Source: Candidatus Methylomirabilales bacterium (GTDB taxonomy: Bacteria; Methylomirabilota; Methylomirabilia; Methylomirabilales; CSP1-5). From it: DNA of 64,000 nt. Where the stretch lies: contig JBHIAH010000001.1 in the NCBI GenBank assembly GCA_046758505.1, forward strand, positions 32,001 through 96,000, in the 5' to 3' direction. Under the pieces are notes generated by a model that ran no database searches, was not told the origin of the DNA, and saw only the letters and a list, made by a program, of their open reading frames with translations. The translations under genes and the position numbers were made by a program. The first letter of the stretch is position 1, and every line of letters starts with the position of its first letter. Shown here piece after piece: positions 48,205 through 58,912 of this stretch.

Positions 48205-49245
48205 ATGCGCAACGAACCGATCCGTGTGGGAGTCGTGGGCGCGGGAGCCAACACGTGCCTCACGCACATCCCCGGGCTCAAAGCCATTCAGGGCGTGGAG
48301 ATCGTCAGCGTGGCCAACCGCAGCCGCGAGTCGGGTGAGCGTGTGGCCCGGGAGTTCGGCATCTCAACGGTGTACGACAACTGGTTAGAGCTGGTGGAGG
48401 CCGACGACACCGATGCCATCTGCATCGGCACATGGCCCTACCTGCACTGCCCCGTGACCCTGGCGGCGCTCGAGAGCGGCAAGCATGTCCTGTGCGAAGC
48501 GCGGATGGCGATGAATGCGGCAGAGGCGCATGCCATGCTGGAGGCGGCCCGGCAGGACCCCCACCTGGTCACCCAGGTGGTTCCCGCCCCGCATACCCTG
48601 GCCATCGACGGCACCATCCAAAAGCTCATCGCCCATGGCTACCTCGGGGAGGTTTTGGCAGTGGAGATTCGGGCGGTACAGACCACCTTCGCGGACCGGG
48701 AGTCCCCCCCGCACTGGCGGCAAGAGGCGGACCTCAGCGGCTTCAACACCCTGACAATGGGTATCTGGTACGAGGCGATGATGCGCTGGGTGGGTCCTGC
48801 GAGCCGGGTAATGGCCATGACCAAGGTGTGTGTCCCCCAGCGAAAGGACCTGACCGGCCTCCTCCAGACGGTGACCATCCCCGACCATGTGGATATCATC
48901 GCCACTCTGGCATGTGGAGCGATTGCGCACCTCCGCTTCAGCGCCGTCACAGGCCTGGCGCCGACCAACGAGGTATGGCTTTTCGGCACCGAGGGGACGT
49001 TGAGACTGGATACTTCCACCCTCGAGCTGTACGGGGGACGGCGGCGAGACACAGCCCAGCAAAAGATTGTGATACCCCCGGAGGAGCAGGGACGCTGGCG
49101 GGTGGAGGAGGAATTTATCAATGCGATCCGGGGCAAGGAAAAGATCACGCGCACCAGCTTCGAGGACGGGGTCCGCTACATGGAGTTTACCGAGGCGGCG
49201 ATCCGAAGCGCCCAGTCGGGCCAGGCCATCAGCTTGCCCCTATAG
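48205..49245 (+). CDS. Gfo/Idh/MocA family oxidoreductase
   Basis: VGVVGAG, ALESGKHVLCEARMA. Confidence 0.9.
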   Translation: MRNEPIRVGVVGAGANTCLTHIPGLKAIQGVEIVSVANRSRESGERVAREFGISTVYDNWLELVEADDTDAICIGTWPYLHCPVTLAALESGKHVLCEARMAMNAAEAHAMLEAARQDPHLVTQVVPAPHTLAIDGTIQKLIAHGYLGEVLAVEIRAVQTTFADRESPPHWRQEADLSGFNTLTMGIWYEAMMRWVGPASRVMAMTKVCVPQRKDLTGLLQTVTIPDHVDIIATLACGAIAHLRFSAVTGLAPTNEVWLFGTEGTLRLDTSTLELYGGRRRDTAQQKIVIPPEEQGRWRVEEEFINAIRGKEKITRTSFEDGVRYMEFTEAAIRSAQSGQAISLPL

Positions 49246-49346
49246 CCTTCTTCACTCCAACACCCCCCACCCCGGATAAAGAAGCGTGGTACGAAAGATC
49301 CGGAGCGCCGTGAGTCACTGCCGCTCATCAAAAGGAGGACCGAGGA

Positions 49347-50042
49347 ATGAAGCTGCTGTCGGTGAACGTATCGCTGCCAAAGGAGATTCCATATGAGGGA
49401 AGGACGACCACGACCGGTATTTTCAAGGAACCGGTAGACGGCCGCGTGATGCTTCGAGCATTGCATCTCGACGGGGATGGGCAGGCCGACCTCAAAGCGC
49501 ACGGGGGGATCCACAAAGCGGTCTACGTCTACTCGATAGAGCACTACGAGTACTGGAAGCGCGAGCTGGGGCGAACGGATTTTACTTTTGGGCAGTTCGG
49601 CGAGAATTTCACCGTCAAGGGAATGCCGGACGACGCAATTCATGTCGGCGACCAGTTTCACGTGGGCAGCGCACTCGTCGAAGTGACCCAGCCGCGCGTC
49701 CCGTGCTTCAAGCTCGGCCTCAAAATGGGATTGGCGCAATTCCCCAAGCTGTTTTTGGCGAGCGGCCGCCCGGGCTTTTACCTGCGCGTCCTGAAAGAAG
49801 GCGAGGTGGGCGCGGGTGATACCATGGAACGCATCACGGTTGAGCCCCACCACATGACGGTGCAGGAGGTGTGCCGCCTCCTCTACTTCGATCCGAAGAA
49901 CCTGGAGGGGGCCAGAAAGGCGCTGCGCATCCAGGCACTCTCGCCCGGATGGCGGCAATCCTTTGAAGAACGATTGAGCAAGGCCGGAGTCCCGATTGAG
50001 CGCGGCGAGGAAGCCACAGAGGAAAAGTGCTGCGGGCCGTAA
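49347..50042 (+). CDS. MOSC domain protein (YiiM-like)
   Basis: TGIFKEP, GDGQAD..HGG..KAVY, FGENFT, VTQPRVPCFK, GFYLRVL. Confidence 0.93.
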   Translation: MKLLSVNVSLPKEIPYEGRTTTTGIFKEPVDGRVMLRALHLDGDGQADLKAHGGIHKAVYVYSIEHYEYWKRELGRTDFTFGQFGENFTVKGMPDDAIHVGDQFHVGSALVEVTQPRVPCFKLGLKMGLAQFPKLFLASGRPGFYLRVLKEGEVGAGDTMERITVEPHHMTVQEVCRLLYFDPKNLEGARKALRIQALSPGWRQSFEERLSKAGVPIERGEEATEEKCCGP

Positions 50043-50076
50043 CGCGTGACCGCTCCTGCTCAGTCACCCGTGAGGG

Positions 50077-50460
50077 TTAGGGGCGGGCGTACTCGTCCTC
50101 GGTCACCTCGTCCATCCACTGGGTGTCTCCCCCCGTGGTGACCGCGAAATGAACCATGGCGCTACTGGGTCCTGCCCCGTGCCAGTGCTTTTCCCCAGGC
50201 GCGAAGTAGACAACGTCTCCGGGAGCAATCTCGATCGCCGACTCCCCCGATTTCTGAACCCGCCCGGTCCCACTCACGACATAGAGCGTCTGCTCACCAC
50301 CGTGTGCATGCCACTGCGTCCGGGCCCCGGGCTCGAAAAATACCAGGTACACCCGCATGCCCGCGGGCCGTTGGGCCCTGAGCAGCGCTTCAACCCACGC
50401 CGTGCCCGTAAATCGCTCCCCCCGTCGGGCCTCGCTATCCTGTGCCCGAATCACCTCCAT
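50077..50460 (-). CDS. Cupin domain protein
   Basis: FEPGARTQWHAH, PGEKHWHGA. Confidence 0.88.
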   Translation of the reverse strand: MEVIRAQDSEARRGERFTGTAWVEALLRAQRPAGMRVYLVFFEPGARTQWHAHGGEQTLYVVSGTGRVQKSGESAIEIAPGDVVYFAPGEKHWHGAGPSSAMVHFAVTTGGDTQWMDEVTEDEYARP

Positions 50461-50570
50461 GAGATCCTCCTTCACCATGGCCCCAGGCCAGCCCGTCCCC
50501 GGCAAAATAGCGCGGTGCACATCATCGCCGATGGTGCCGTACAGCCGCGCACGTTCCCCTCATGACCCCT

Positions 50571-51299
50571 TCAGACCTTCTGTGCAAAGATGAACAGCGT
50601 ATCTCCACCACCAAGAATTGCATCACTGCTGGTTTCGGAAATCCAATATCGTTCACGCGCGTCTTCCGGCCAGAGCCTGTTGTACACGCGGATAAGCCAC
50701 ACCAGCGGCCTAAGGAACACTTGCCTCCTTTTCTTTTTCCCGGTGCTGATTTCTGTAATTCGAAGACGCGCATGCTCGAGGGCGAATTTGAGGAGTGTGA
50801 ACCCAAGCGGCGTCAAATGCATTTCAGTTATTTTCCCCCGATATTTTTCCCTGAACGCGTGCTGCGACACTGGCTTGGTAAACGATCCCGTGACGAGAAA
50901 TTTCAGTCGCCGCTCAATGTTCACATAATTCGGCGTCGTCATAATCAGCGTTCCACCCGGCTTCAGCACCCGCGAAACCTCGCGGACGGCGTTATAGGGA
51001 TTCTCCGTATGCTCGATGCCCTCCAAAAAGCACACGTAATCAAATTGCCGGTCACCATAGGGTATCCTCGCATTCAAGTCACCCCGGTCCACCGCGAGTT
51101 CATCGACCGAAAACTGTGTCGGGTCTATATCGCAGCACGTCACGTCAAATTGTAAATCGACTAGCCGTTTTGCGAGTGCGCCGTAACCCGTTGGAATATC
51201 AAGCACCTTTCCCCGCGGCTTCTCTGCAAGGTATGCAAGCACCTTTTCGTGAATACCCTCTCTTCCACGCGGAATGGTTTGTCGCGGTTGTGCACCCAT
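50571..51299 (-). CDS. Class I SAM-dependent methyltransferase
   Basis: VLDIPTGYG, IEH.ENP, RVLKPGG.LIMTTPN. Confidence 0.88.
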   Translation of the reverse strand: MGAQPRQTIPRGREGIHEKVLAYLAEKPRGKVLDIPTGYGALAKRLVDLQFDVTCCDIDPTQFSVDELAVDRGDLNARIPYGDRQFDYVCFLEGIEHTENPYNAVREVSRVLKPGGTLIMTTPNYVNIERRLKFLVTGSFTKPVSQHAFREKYRGKITEMHLTPLGFTLLKFALEHARLRITEISTGKKKRRQVFLRPLVWLIRVYNRLWPEDARERYWISETSSDAILGGGDTLFIFAQKV

Positions 51300-51407
51300 C
51301 TCAAAACGGAACCGGCCCTCCGGCCAACCGAGGCAGGAGAAGGCATCTGGTTGTTGAAAGGTTCACCGCATCACGCACGGGTCCCGGGGCGTCGATCGGC
51401 AGGCCTC

Positions 51408-51782
51408 TCAGAAGCCGGGGACCGCGAAGCTTCCCGGACCTCCCCCGCTCGGCCCCAGCGTGTACTCGATGACCGTAATGCTGAGGACCTCGGGGGGATC
51501 TGTCCTAGGCTCGCGCAGATAGCGCACGTAGACCCGTTGTCCGGTTTGCAGCGCGTCCACCGTCGAGATAGCGGGACCTCTCACCGACGTGAACGCCGCG
51601 ATCTTCAGCCAGTATTCCTCCGCGTCCGGTTTGGCCGCGACGACGATCAACCCCTGCTCCCTCTCGATCTGGACAATGCGCCCCCGGAGGTCACCGACCC
51701 GGCCAGGGGGAGATTTTGACGCGGCACAGGCGCTCCCGATGAGACCCACAAGGACCACGCACACCGTACCCTTTACGCGCAC
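51408..51782 (-). CDS. Hypothetical lipoprotein
   Basis: Lipobox-like GSAC; beta-rich, LQTGQRVYVRY. Confidence 0.65.
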   Translation of the reverse strand: MRVKGTVCVVLVGLIGSACAASKSPPGRVGDLRGRIVQIEREQGLIVVAAKPDAEEYWLKIAAFTSVRGPAISTVDALQTGQRVYVRYLREPRTDPPEVLSITVIEYTLGPSGGGPGSFAVPGF

Positions 51783-51851
51783 GACACCCTCCCCGGCGAT
51801 GCTTCATCGCATGCAATTGTGGGACATCGGAGAACCTGCTATCATCCTGTC

Positions 51852-54560
51852 ATGCTAGCAGCCGGGACCATCTCAGTCCAGTTTTTCGAGACCGCAGTCC
51901 ATTGTCACGACCGGGTCGCCCTGCAGACCAAGCGAGAGGGCGGCTACGTTCGCTGGCTCTACGGCGAGATCGCGGATCAGGTTCATCGCCTCGCGACGTT
52001 CCTCCGCCGGCTCGAGATCGCCCCCGGAGATCGGGTCGCCCTCTTTGCCGAGAACCGACCGGAGTGGTGCGTGGCCTATCTCGGGATTGTGGCCGCGGGA
52101 GCCACCGCGGTCCCCCTCGATGCGCAACTCGGGGAACAGGAACTCGAGTCCGTCCTCCGTCACTCCGAGAGCCGAGCCGTTGTCGTCTCGGAGGCCGGCC
52201 TGACCAAGGTGCACCCCCTCGTTGCTCGCCTTCCTCTCGCCCCCGAGGTCATTCTGCTCGATGCAAAGGCCGCACCCGGGGTGCACGTCCTGGCCGAGAT
52301 CCTGAAGCATACCCCCAAGGATCCGCTCCCTGCACCCACACCGGAGGGGATTGCGTCGATCCTGTACACCTCGGGGACCACCGGAACACCGAAAGGTGTG
52401 ATGCTGAGCCACCGCAACTTTCTGTCGAACTTCTCCGCCGTGCGGGAGCTGAAGGTCTGCGGACCCGAGGACAATCTCCTGGCCCTCCTCCCGCTCCACC
52501 ACGTGTACCCGTTTATGATCTCCCTGGTGACCCCCCTCCTCTGCGGGGCCCGGGTCACGTTCCTGCAAAGCCTGAAGCCTCCCGACCTGCTCGCGTGTAT
52601 GCGGGAGACCGGAGTCACGATCCTGGTCGGAGTCCCGCAGCTTCTGGCGCTTCTCCATCGAGGAATTTTTCAGGAAGTCAACAAGCGGTCCTGGCCGCTT
52701 CGCGTGCTCTTTGACCTCCTCCTGGGTCTCGCCGGCGCCGCACAACAGTATCTGGGAAGGAACACCGGTCGTGTCCTGTTCCCCCAGATCCATCGTCGCT
52801 TCGGCGGCAGGCTCCGCGTCCTGACGAGTGGCGGAGCCAAACTCGAGCCGGCGGTCGGCCGAGACTTGTGCCGCCTCGGCTTCACCGTCCTCGAAGGGTA
52901 CGGCCTCACCGAGACTTCACCGGTCGTCACGTTCTCTCCGGCGGATCGACCCCGGTACGAGTCGGTCGGCGTGCCGCTCCCCGGGGTCCGCGTCCGGATC
53001 ATGGAGCCGGATCCAAGCGGAGTCGGCGAGATCGCCGTCCAGGGTCCCAATGTGATGCACGGCTACTTCAAGGATCCCGAGGGAACCGCCCAGAGCTTCC
53101 GGGACGGCTGGTTCCTCTCGGGGGACCTCGGGTATCTCGATGGCGACGGATATCTCTATATCGCCGGACGGCTCAAGGAGGTCATCGTCCTCCCGTCGGG
53201 GAAAAACATCTACCCCGAAGACGTGGAGGCTGACTTCTTGAAGAGCCCCTTTATCAAGGAGATCTGCCTGGTGGGGACCGAGGAGCCTGCCGGGGGGTTG
53301 ACCGCCCTGGTCGTTCCCAACTTCGAGCACCTGAAGGCCCAACGGATCGCCAACGTCGAAGACACCATACGATGGGATGTGGAGAATGTCTCCCGCAATC
53401 TCCCGGCGTACAAGCGTCCGACGCGGCTGCACATCGTGAAGGACGCCTTTCCCAGGACCCGTCTCGGCAAGATTCAACGGCACCTCGTCCGCCAGATGTA
53501 TCTCCAAGAGGAGGTTGTGCGGGCCGACGTGGATGAGGGGGTTGCTCCCTCCGAAACGGACCAGGCCCTGTGGGAGAGCCCGGTCACCCGCACGATCATC
53601 ACCTCGCTCCCGGTCCTCACCCGCAAGAAGCAAGGAATCCGCCTCGACGATAATCTGGAACTGGACCTCGGTCTCGATTCGTTGTCCCGGATCGAGCTCC
53701 TGGTGGCCCTCGAGGAATCGTTCGGCATCGACCTCCCGGCGGACACCGGGCCCGAGCTGTTTACGGTGCGAGATGTCGTGCGCAAGGTGCAGGAGTGTCT
53801 CGGGGAGCACGCCAAGACCGCCGAGGCGACGCGGGCGGCGCGGCGCCCCCCCTGGAGCGAGATCCTGGCCGGGGAGCCCCCTGAAGCGGTCCAGGCGGAA
53901 ATCGCGGCGGGCAAGAAACCCTGGGCGCTCTTCGTCACGTTTCTTTCTCGCGCGCTCCTCCACCTCGTCTTCCGGCTCTTCTGCCGCCTTCGTGTCCACG
54001 GGTTCACTCATGTGCCGGATCGAGGTCCCTACCTCATCACCCCGAACCATGCGAGCTACGTCGATGCCTTCGCCCTCGGGGTTGCCCTTCCCCTCAGGAT
54101 GGTCCGCCATCTGCACTTTCTGGGCTTTCAGCAATTTTTCCAGAATCCGGTCAGCGCCATGTTCGGCCGGGCGTTTCGGGTCATTCACGTGGATGCCGAG
54201 GCCTACCTTTTCCAAGCCCTCCGAGCGGCGGCCCATGTCCTACGGCAGGGCGAGACCCTCTGTATCTTTCCCGAGGGGGCCCGCTCCATCGACGGGGAGA
54301 TCAAACCCTTCAAGAAAGGGGGAGCCATCCTGGCCAAGGAGCTGAACCTCCCCCTGCTCCCGACCCGGATCATCGGCTCCTTCGAGATTTGGCCCCGCGG
54401 GAGAAGACTTCCCCGGCCCCATCCCCTGGTGATCATCTTTGGTCCCCCGGTCACCGTCGAGGAGCTGCTCGCCCAGGAGCCAATCCCGCCCGGCGCGGAT
54501 CTCTACCAAGTCATTGCCGCGCGCCTCCGCGACCGGGTCGCCGCCCTGGCAGCCGAATGA
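51852..54560 (+). CDS. Long-chain acyl-CoA synthetase + acyl carrier + PlsC acyltransferase fusion
   Basis: YTSGTTGTPKG, GYGLTETS, SGDLG; ACP motif LGLDSL; NHASYVD, FPEGARS. Confidence 0.93.
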   Translation: MLAAGTISVQFFETAVHCHDRVALQTKREGGYVRWLYGEIADQVHRLATFLRRLEIAPGDRVALFAENRPEWCVAYLGIVAAGATAVPLDAQLGEQELESVLRHSESRAVVVSEAGLTKVHPLVARLPLAPEVILLDAKAAPGVHVLAEILKHTPKDPLPAPTPEGIASILYTSGTTGTPKGVMLSHRNFLSNFSAVRELKVCGPEDNLLALLPLHHVYPFMISLVTPLLCGARVTFLQSLKPPDLLACMRETGVTILVGVPQLLALLHRGIFQEVNKRSWPLRVLFDLLLGLAGAAQQYLGRNTGRVLFPQIHRRFGGRLRVLTSGGAKLEPAVGRDLCRLGFTVLEGYGLTETSPVVTFSPADRPRYESVGVPLPGVRVRIMEPDPSGVGEIAVQGPNVMHGYFKDPEGTAQSFRDGWFLSGDLGYLDGDGYLYIAGRLKEVIVLPSGKNIYPEDVEADFLKSPFIKEICLVGTEEPAGGLTALVVPNFEHLKAQRIANVEDTIRWDVENVSRNLPAYKRPTRLHIVKDAFPRTRLGKIQRHLVRQMYLQEEVVRADVDEGVAPSETDQALWESPVTRTIITSLPVLTRKKQGIRLDDNLELDLGLDSLSRIELLVALEESFGIDLPADTGPELFTVRDVVRKVQECLGEHAKTAEATRAARRPPWSEILAGEPPEAVQAEIAAGKKPWALFVTFLSRALLHLVFRLFCRLRVHGFTHVPDRGPYLITPNHASYVDAFALGVALPLRMVRHLHFLGFQQFFQNPVSAMFGRAFRVIHVDAEAYLFQALRAAAHVLRQGETLCIFPEGARSIDGEIKPFKKGGAILAKELNLPLLPTRIIGSFEIWPRGRRLPRPHPLVIIFGPPVTVEELLAQEPIPPGADLYQVIAARLRDRVAALAAE

Positions 54561-54635
54561 CCCCTTTCGCTTTGCAGCCTCCCTACCCGTATAGTATCCT
54601 AAGGAACACCTGATCCTCGATCAAGGAGGGAACCG

Positions 54636-55784
54636 GTGGTCCAACGGGACCGGATGCGAGACCGTTTCCTGACGCTCGTCCGCATGAACAGCCCTTCGCG
54701 GAAGGAACGGGAGCTGGCGACACATCTCAAGGAGGACCTGATCCGCCTCGGGGCCGAGGTGCACTTTGACCAGGCGGAACGGATGGTCGGTGGATCGGTG
54801 GGAAATCTCATCGCCCGCATCCCTGCAACCCACCCGGGCGCGGCTCCCTTCCTGCTCTGTGCCCACATGGACACCGTCGCCCCCACCGAAGGGATCACGC
54901 CCCAGCCGGCGGAGCACATCATCACAAGCGACGGGTCCACGATCCTCGGGGCGGATGACAAGAGCGGCATCGCCATCATCTGTGAGGTGCTTCGCGTCCT
55001 CCGGGAGGCAAAAATCCCCCACGGAGAGATCGAGATCGTCTTTACCATCTGCGAAGAGATCGGCCTTCAGGGGGCGAGGCATCTGGATGTCTCCCAGCTC
55101 CACGCCCGCACCGGCCTCGTCCTGGACAGCAGCAATCCCGATCACCTGATCACCCGGGCGCCGGCCGCCAACCGGCTGCAGGTTACCCTCAGGGGTCTCG
55201 AAGCCCACGCCGGGGTCTGCCCGGAGAGGGGGATCAATGCGATCCGGATCGCCAGTGAGGCCATCGCGGCAATGCGGCTCGGCCGCCTCGACGAGGAGAC
55301 GACGGCCAACATCGGGATCATCGGTGGCGGCAGCGCCATCAACATCATCCCCAGCGCCGTCACGGTCCAGGGAGAGGCGCGGAGCCACGACGAGGGCAAA
55401 CTCAAGGCCCAAACCGAACACATGGTCCACTGCTTCAAGGAGGCGGCGGCACGCCACGCACTTACCCTGGACGGCGTGACACAGCGGGGCCAGGTGGCCT
55501 GCCGGGTCCAGCGGGACTACGATCGGCTCTTCATCCCGGAGGGGGCCCGGATCGTCCAGCTTGTTCGCGAGGCCGCCCGCGCCCTCGGGCGCGAGATCAC
55601 CCTCTGGCGGACGGGCGGAGCCTCCGACGCCAACATCCTCTGCGCCAAGGGGCTCGAAGTCGCCAACGTGGGGACGGGGCAGCAGGAGGTCCACACGGTG
55701 CGGGAGCGGTTGGTGCTCGACGACATGGTGCGATCCGCACAACTCGTCCTCGAAACGCTGAAGCGGCACGCGGGTGGCATCTAA
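54636..55784 (+). CDS. M20 family metallopeptidase (peptidase T-like)
   Basis: AHMDTV, LGADDKSG, CEEIG, GASDAN, VHT..E. Confidence 0.92.
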   Translation: MVQRDRMRDRFLTLVRMNSPSRKERELATHLKEDLIRLGAEVHFDQAERMVGGSVGNLIARIPATHPGAAPFLLCAHMDTVAPTEGITPQPAEHIITSDGSTILGADDKSGIAIICEVLRVLREAKIPHGEIEIVFTICEEIGLQGARHLDVSQLHARTGLVLDSSNPDHLITRAPAANRLQVTLRGLEAHAGVCPERGINAIRIASEAIAAMRLGRLDEETTANIGIIGGGSAINIIPSAVTVQGEARSHDEGKLKAQTEHMVHCFKEAAARHALTLDGVTQRGQVACRVQRDYDRLFIPEGARIVQLVREAARALGREITLWRTGGASDANILCAKGLEVANVGTGQQEVHTVRERLVLDDMVRSAQLVLETLKRHAGGI

Positions 55785-55816
55785 GGCCAGGGCGATCCGA
55801 AGGGGAGGCGAGTCAC

Positions 55817-56218
55817 ATGTACACGGTGACCAGCATCATGAAGAGCCCGGTGGTGCGCATCGAAGCCACCAAGTCGGTGACGGAGGCCCTGCACCGGATG
55901 CAGGAGAAAGGGATCTCAAGTATCCTGGTCACCCCGACGGCGCCCGGGGAGTCCATCGGGATCATGACCAAGCGGGACATCATCTCCAAGGTGGTCTCCC
56001 AGGGAAAAGACCCCGAGAAGCTCAAGGTCCGGGACGTCATGACCTCGGGGCTCATCACGGTCCCCCCCGACTGCCCCCTCCGGGATGCGGCCACGATGAT
56101 GACGGAGAAGGGGATCCGGCGGGTCCTGGTGAGTCATGGGGACGACATCATTGGGATCGTCAGCGACACCGACGTTTTCCGGGCGGTGGAGGAGGCGGGA
56201 TGGGGGCTGGATTACTGA
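55817..56218 (+). CDS. CBS domain protein
   Basis: Tandem CBS repeats: GIMTKRD, GIVSDTD. Confidence 0.9.
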   Translation: MYTVTSIMKSPVVRIEATKSVTEALHRMQEKGISSILVTPTAPGESIGIMTKRDIISKVVSQGKDPEKLKVRDVMTSGLITVPPDCPLRDAATMMTEKGIRRVLVSHGDDIIGIVSDTDVFRAVEEAGWGLDY

Positions 56219-56634
56219 GATCGTTCCTCGACGATATCCACAAAGGCCGCCAGGATATCCGTCTCGGTGATGATGCCCACCAGGAGGTCTCCTTGGACCA
56301 CGGGAAGTCCCCCAACCTGGCGTTCGAGGAGAAGGCGGGCCGCATCGGCGATCGAGGTCTCTGGGGTGACCGTGAATAGCCGTTTTGTCATGATCTCCCG
56401 CACCGAGAGCTTCTCGAGTGCGTCGTACGGATCCTCCCCTCGGGGGCCCACCGTGACCGCCGACGGAAAGACCAGCCGGATGTCCCGGTCCGTCACGATG
56501 CCGACGAGCCTCCCATCCTCGACCACCGGGAGGTGGCGGATCTGGTGTTCCCGCAGCAGTCCCCAGGCGGTCCGCACGCTATCCGAGGGACCGACCAGGA
56601 CCAATGCCGTCTTCATCCGCTCGCCGACCTGCAC
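56212..56634 (-). CDS. CBS domain protein (AcuB-like)
   Basis: IRHLPVV, GIVTDRD, GIITETD. Confidence 0.9.
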   Translation of the reverse strand: MQVGERMKTALVLVGPSDSVRTAWGLLREHQIRHLPVVEDGRLVGIVTDRDIRLVFPSAVTVGPRGEDPYDALEKLSVREIMTKRLFTVTPETSIADAARLLLERQVGGLPVVQGDLLVGIITETDILAAFVDIVEERSQ

Positions 56635-56884
56635 GCCGCCAGCTCACATCTCGTCGATGCCCTGAACCCCGCTGCCGCAGCCTCTCCTCGTTTGTCGCAT
56701 AAGATAGCAGTCGGTTTCAGCAGGGTCAAGCACGCCAAGGCGGGTGAACCAGGCTCCCGGGGACCGCCCGGCTCCCTCAGACCTTGCGTCCCTCCGCGCG
56801 ATCCGGTATGCTGATTCGGAAATCGCCGGTCCGCGTTAGCCTCAGGCCGGAACCCGAGGCGGCTTGCACTCCCGGCCATATATC

Positions 56885-57487
56885 ATGGACGTTCAGCATC
56901 AACGGATTCTGGATTATCTCGTCGGCTCCTGGCGGGAGCGGTTCAACCTGATCCCGGCGATGGAGGTCTCCGAGGCCTTTCAGCTGCCGACGGCCGAGAC
57001 CCTGAGGGTCTTGGAAGAGATGGCAACGGACGGCCTGGTAGAGCTGCACCGGCAGCAGGCGGGTCCTGCGGATCCGGGGGTGCTCGGCTACTCTGTCTCG
57101 GAAACGTTTCGGGCAACCTACGTTCTCCCGTCCCGATCGATTTTGAAGGACCGCTTCGAAGAGACGAAGCAGGATTTCGGCCCCTTCAAGAACCTCCTCT
57201 ATCAAGGCGTGAGTCAGGACGAACTCTTTCGATTCCGCCCGACCATCCTCGATCAGTACCGGCAGAACCCGGATATCGAGGTGAAGCCAGATCTCATTGT
57301 GACCAAGCGGGCGGCGCTGAAGCGGGACAATGTTCAACCGGTATACGTCCGCTACCGATGGGCCACCGGGCTGTCCGGTGACCGCTACATCATGGTCAAC
57401 CTCTGGGACCTGGCGGAGCTCAGCCAACAAGAACAGGCCGCCTGGGCCCGCGACGCACTCCAGGAACCGAGAGGGGTCGGTGCGTGA
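56885..57487 (+). CDS. Hypothetical protein with an N-terminal winged-helix-like segment
   Basis: 200-aa ORF overlapping the next gene. Confidence 0.7.
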   Translation: MDVQHQRILDYLVGSWRERFNLIPAMEVSEAFQLPTAETLRVLEEMATDGLVELHRQQAGPADPGVLGYSVSETFRATYVLPSRSILKDRFEETKQDFGPFKNLLYQGVSQDELFRFRPTILDQYRQNPDIEVKPDLIVTKRAALKRDNVQPVYVRYRWATGLSGDRYIMVNLWDLAELSQQEQAAWARDALQEPRGVGA

Positions 57488-58184
57488 ACGGCTGCTCGCC
57501 TGGTCAGAGGGAGAGCACCTGGACGGGGTGCTCCACCTTCCAGGACCGGGGAGGTGGCCCTGCGTCATTGCCGCCCACGGCCTCCTCAGCACGAAGGCGA
57601 GCGATAAATATCTCCTGTTGGAAACACAGCTGACGCAGGCGGGCTTCGCCTGTCTCCGTTTCGACTTCCGAGGCTGTGGACAGAGCGGCGGGACGCTGAA
57701 GGATACAACTGTCGGTGGCCGGATCCGCGATCTGCGGGCCATCCTCACGCACCTCCGGGAGCACCAGGCGCTGGAGCAGCCCTTCTTCCTCGTCGGGAGC
57801 AGCCTGGGAGGCTACGTCGCCCTCTATATCGCCGTCGAGGCACCCCAGGTGATGGCAACGGCACTCTGGGCAACGCCCGCACACCTCCGAGATCTCCAGG
57901 GCCGGAGGGACTCCCTCATGGCCCACGGGCTCGGGGCACCCTTCTTCCAAGAGCTCTCACAGGGGACGATTGCCGAGGCCCCTGCCGCACCGCCGGGGTG
58001 CTTGATTATCCATGGGGAACAGGACGAGCTGGTCCCCTGCCATCATGCCCGAACCCTGTACGAACGAGCCAAAGAGCCCAAGGCCCTCGAGATCCTTCCG
58101 GGAGCAGACCACCGCCTCACCGATCCCGAAGACCGGGAGCGGGCCGTCCAATTGACCATCGCCTGGTTCAAGAGGTACCTATGA
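57480..58184 (+). CDS. Alpha/beta hydrolase
   Basis: AHGL, RFDFRGCGQS, GSSLGG, IIHGEQDELVP, GADH. Confidence 0.9.
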   Translation: MRERLLAWSEGEHLDGVLHLPGPGRWPCVIAAHGLLSTKASDKYLLLETQLTQAGFACLRFDFRGCGQSGGTLKDTTVGGRIRDLRAILTHLREHQALEQPFFLVGSSLGGYVALYIAVEAPQVMATALWATPAHLRDLQGRRDSLMAHGLGAPFFQELSQGTIAEAPAAPPGCLIIHGEQDELVPCHHARTLYERAKEPKALEILPGADHRLTDPEDRERAVQLTIAWFKRYL

Positions 58185-58762
58185 TCGAGAAGGAGCAGAT
58201 CCGCCGCCTTCTCACCGGTCGGCGGAGACAGTCGCTCTCGCCCCAGGGAAAGCGGCGGGCCGCGGTTCTGATCCCGCTTTACAAGGACAAGGAAGGGTTT
58301 CAGATCCTCCTCATCAAGCGGACAGAGCATGTCAGGACGCATCAAGGGCAGATCGCCTTTCCTGGGGGGACCTGGCATCCGGACGATCCGAATCCCACCG
58401 CGACGGCCCTGAGAGAGGCTCATGAGGAGATGGGCATCCGTCCCGAGGATGTGGAGGTGTTGGGGGAGCTGGATGATGCCTCCACCGCCACCTCCAACTT
58501 CCTCATCACCCCCGTGGTCGGAGTCATCCCCCCACGGTATCCGTTCCAGATCAACGCGGGGGAGATCGCCGATCTTCTCTCGCTTCCCCTGGAGACCCTG
58601 CGGGATCCCTCTGCCTTCCACGAAGAGACCTGGGAGAGGAGGGAAGGGGGCCGGGTCCAGGTCTTCGTCCGCCGCGAGGGGCCTCACATCATTTGGGGGG
58701 CGACGGCCAGGATCCTACGCCACCTTGGGGGGATCCTCTTCGCTGCCCCCGCGGGACCCTGA
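58181..58762 (+). CDS. Nudix CoA pyrophosphatase (NudL-like)
   Basis: AAVLIPL, HQGQIAFPGG, ALREAHEEMG, IWGATA. Confidence 0.92.
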   Translation: MIEKEQIRRLLTGRRRQSLSPQGKRRAAVLIPLYKDKEGFQILLIKRTEHVRTHQGQIAFPGGTWHPDDPNPTATALREAHEEMGIRPEDVEVLGELDDASTATSNFLITPVVGVIPPRYPFQINAGEIADLLSLPLETLRDPSAFHEETWERREGGRVQVFVRREGPHIIWGATARILRHLGGILFAAPAGP

Positions 58763-58912
58763 TGTTACCCCCCCTCCCCCCGCAGAACGACATTTCGGTT
58801 GAACCAAGCGCGAAGTTCCTTTACAATGCTATCCCTGACCGTACTGACCGATACCCGTGACAGCCGCGGTCCACGCGGTGACTGCGTGCTTCCAGGCTCA
58901 GGCGGGGCCGAC

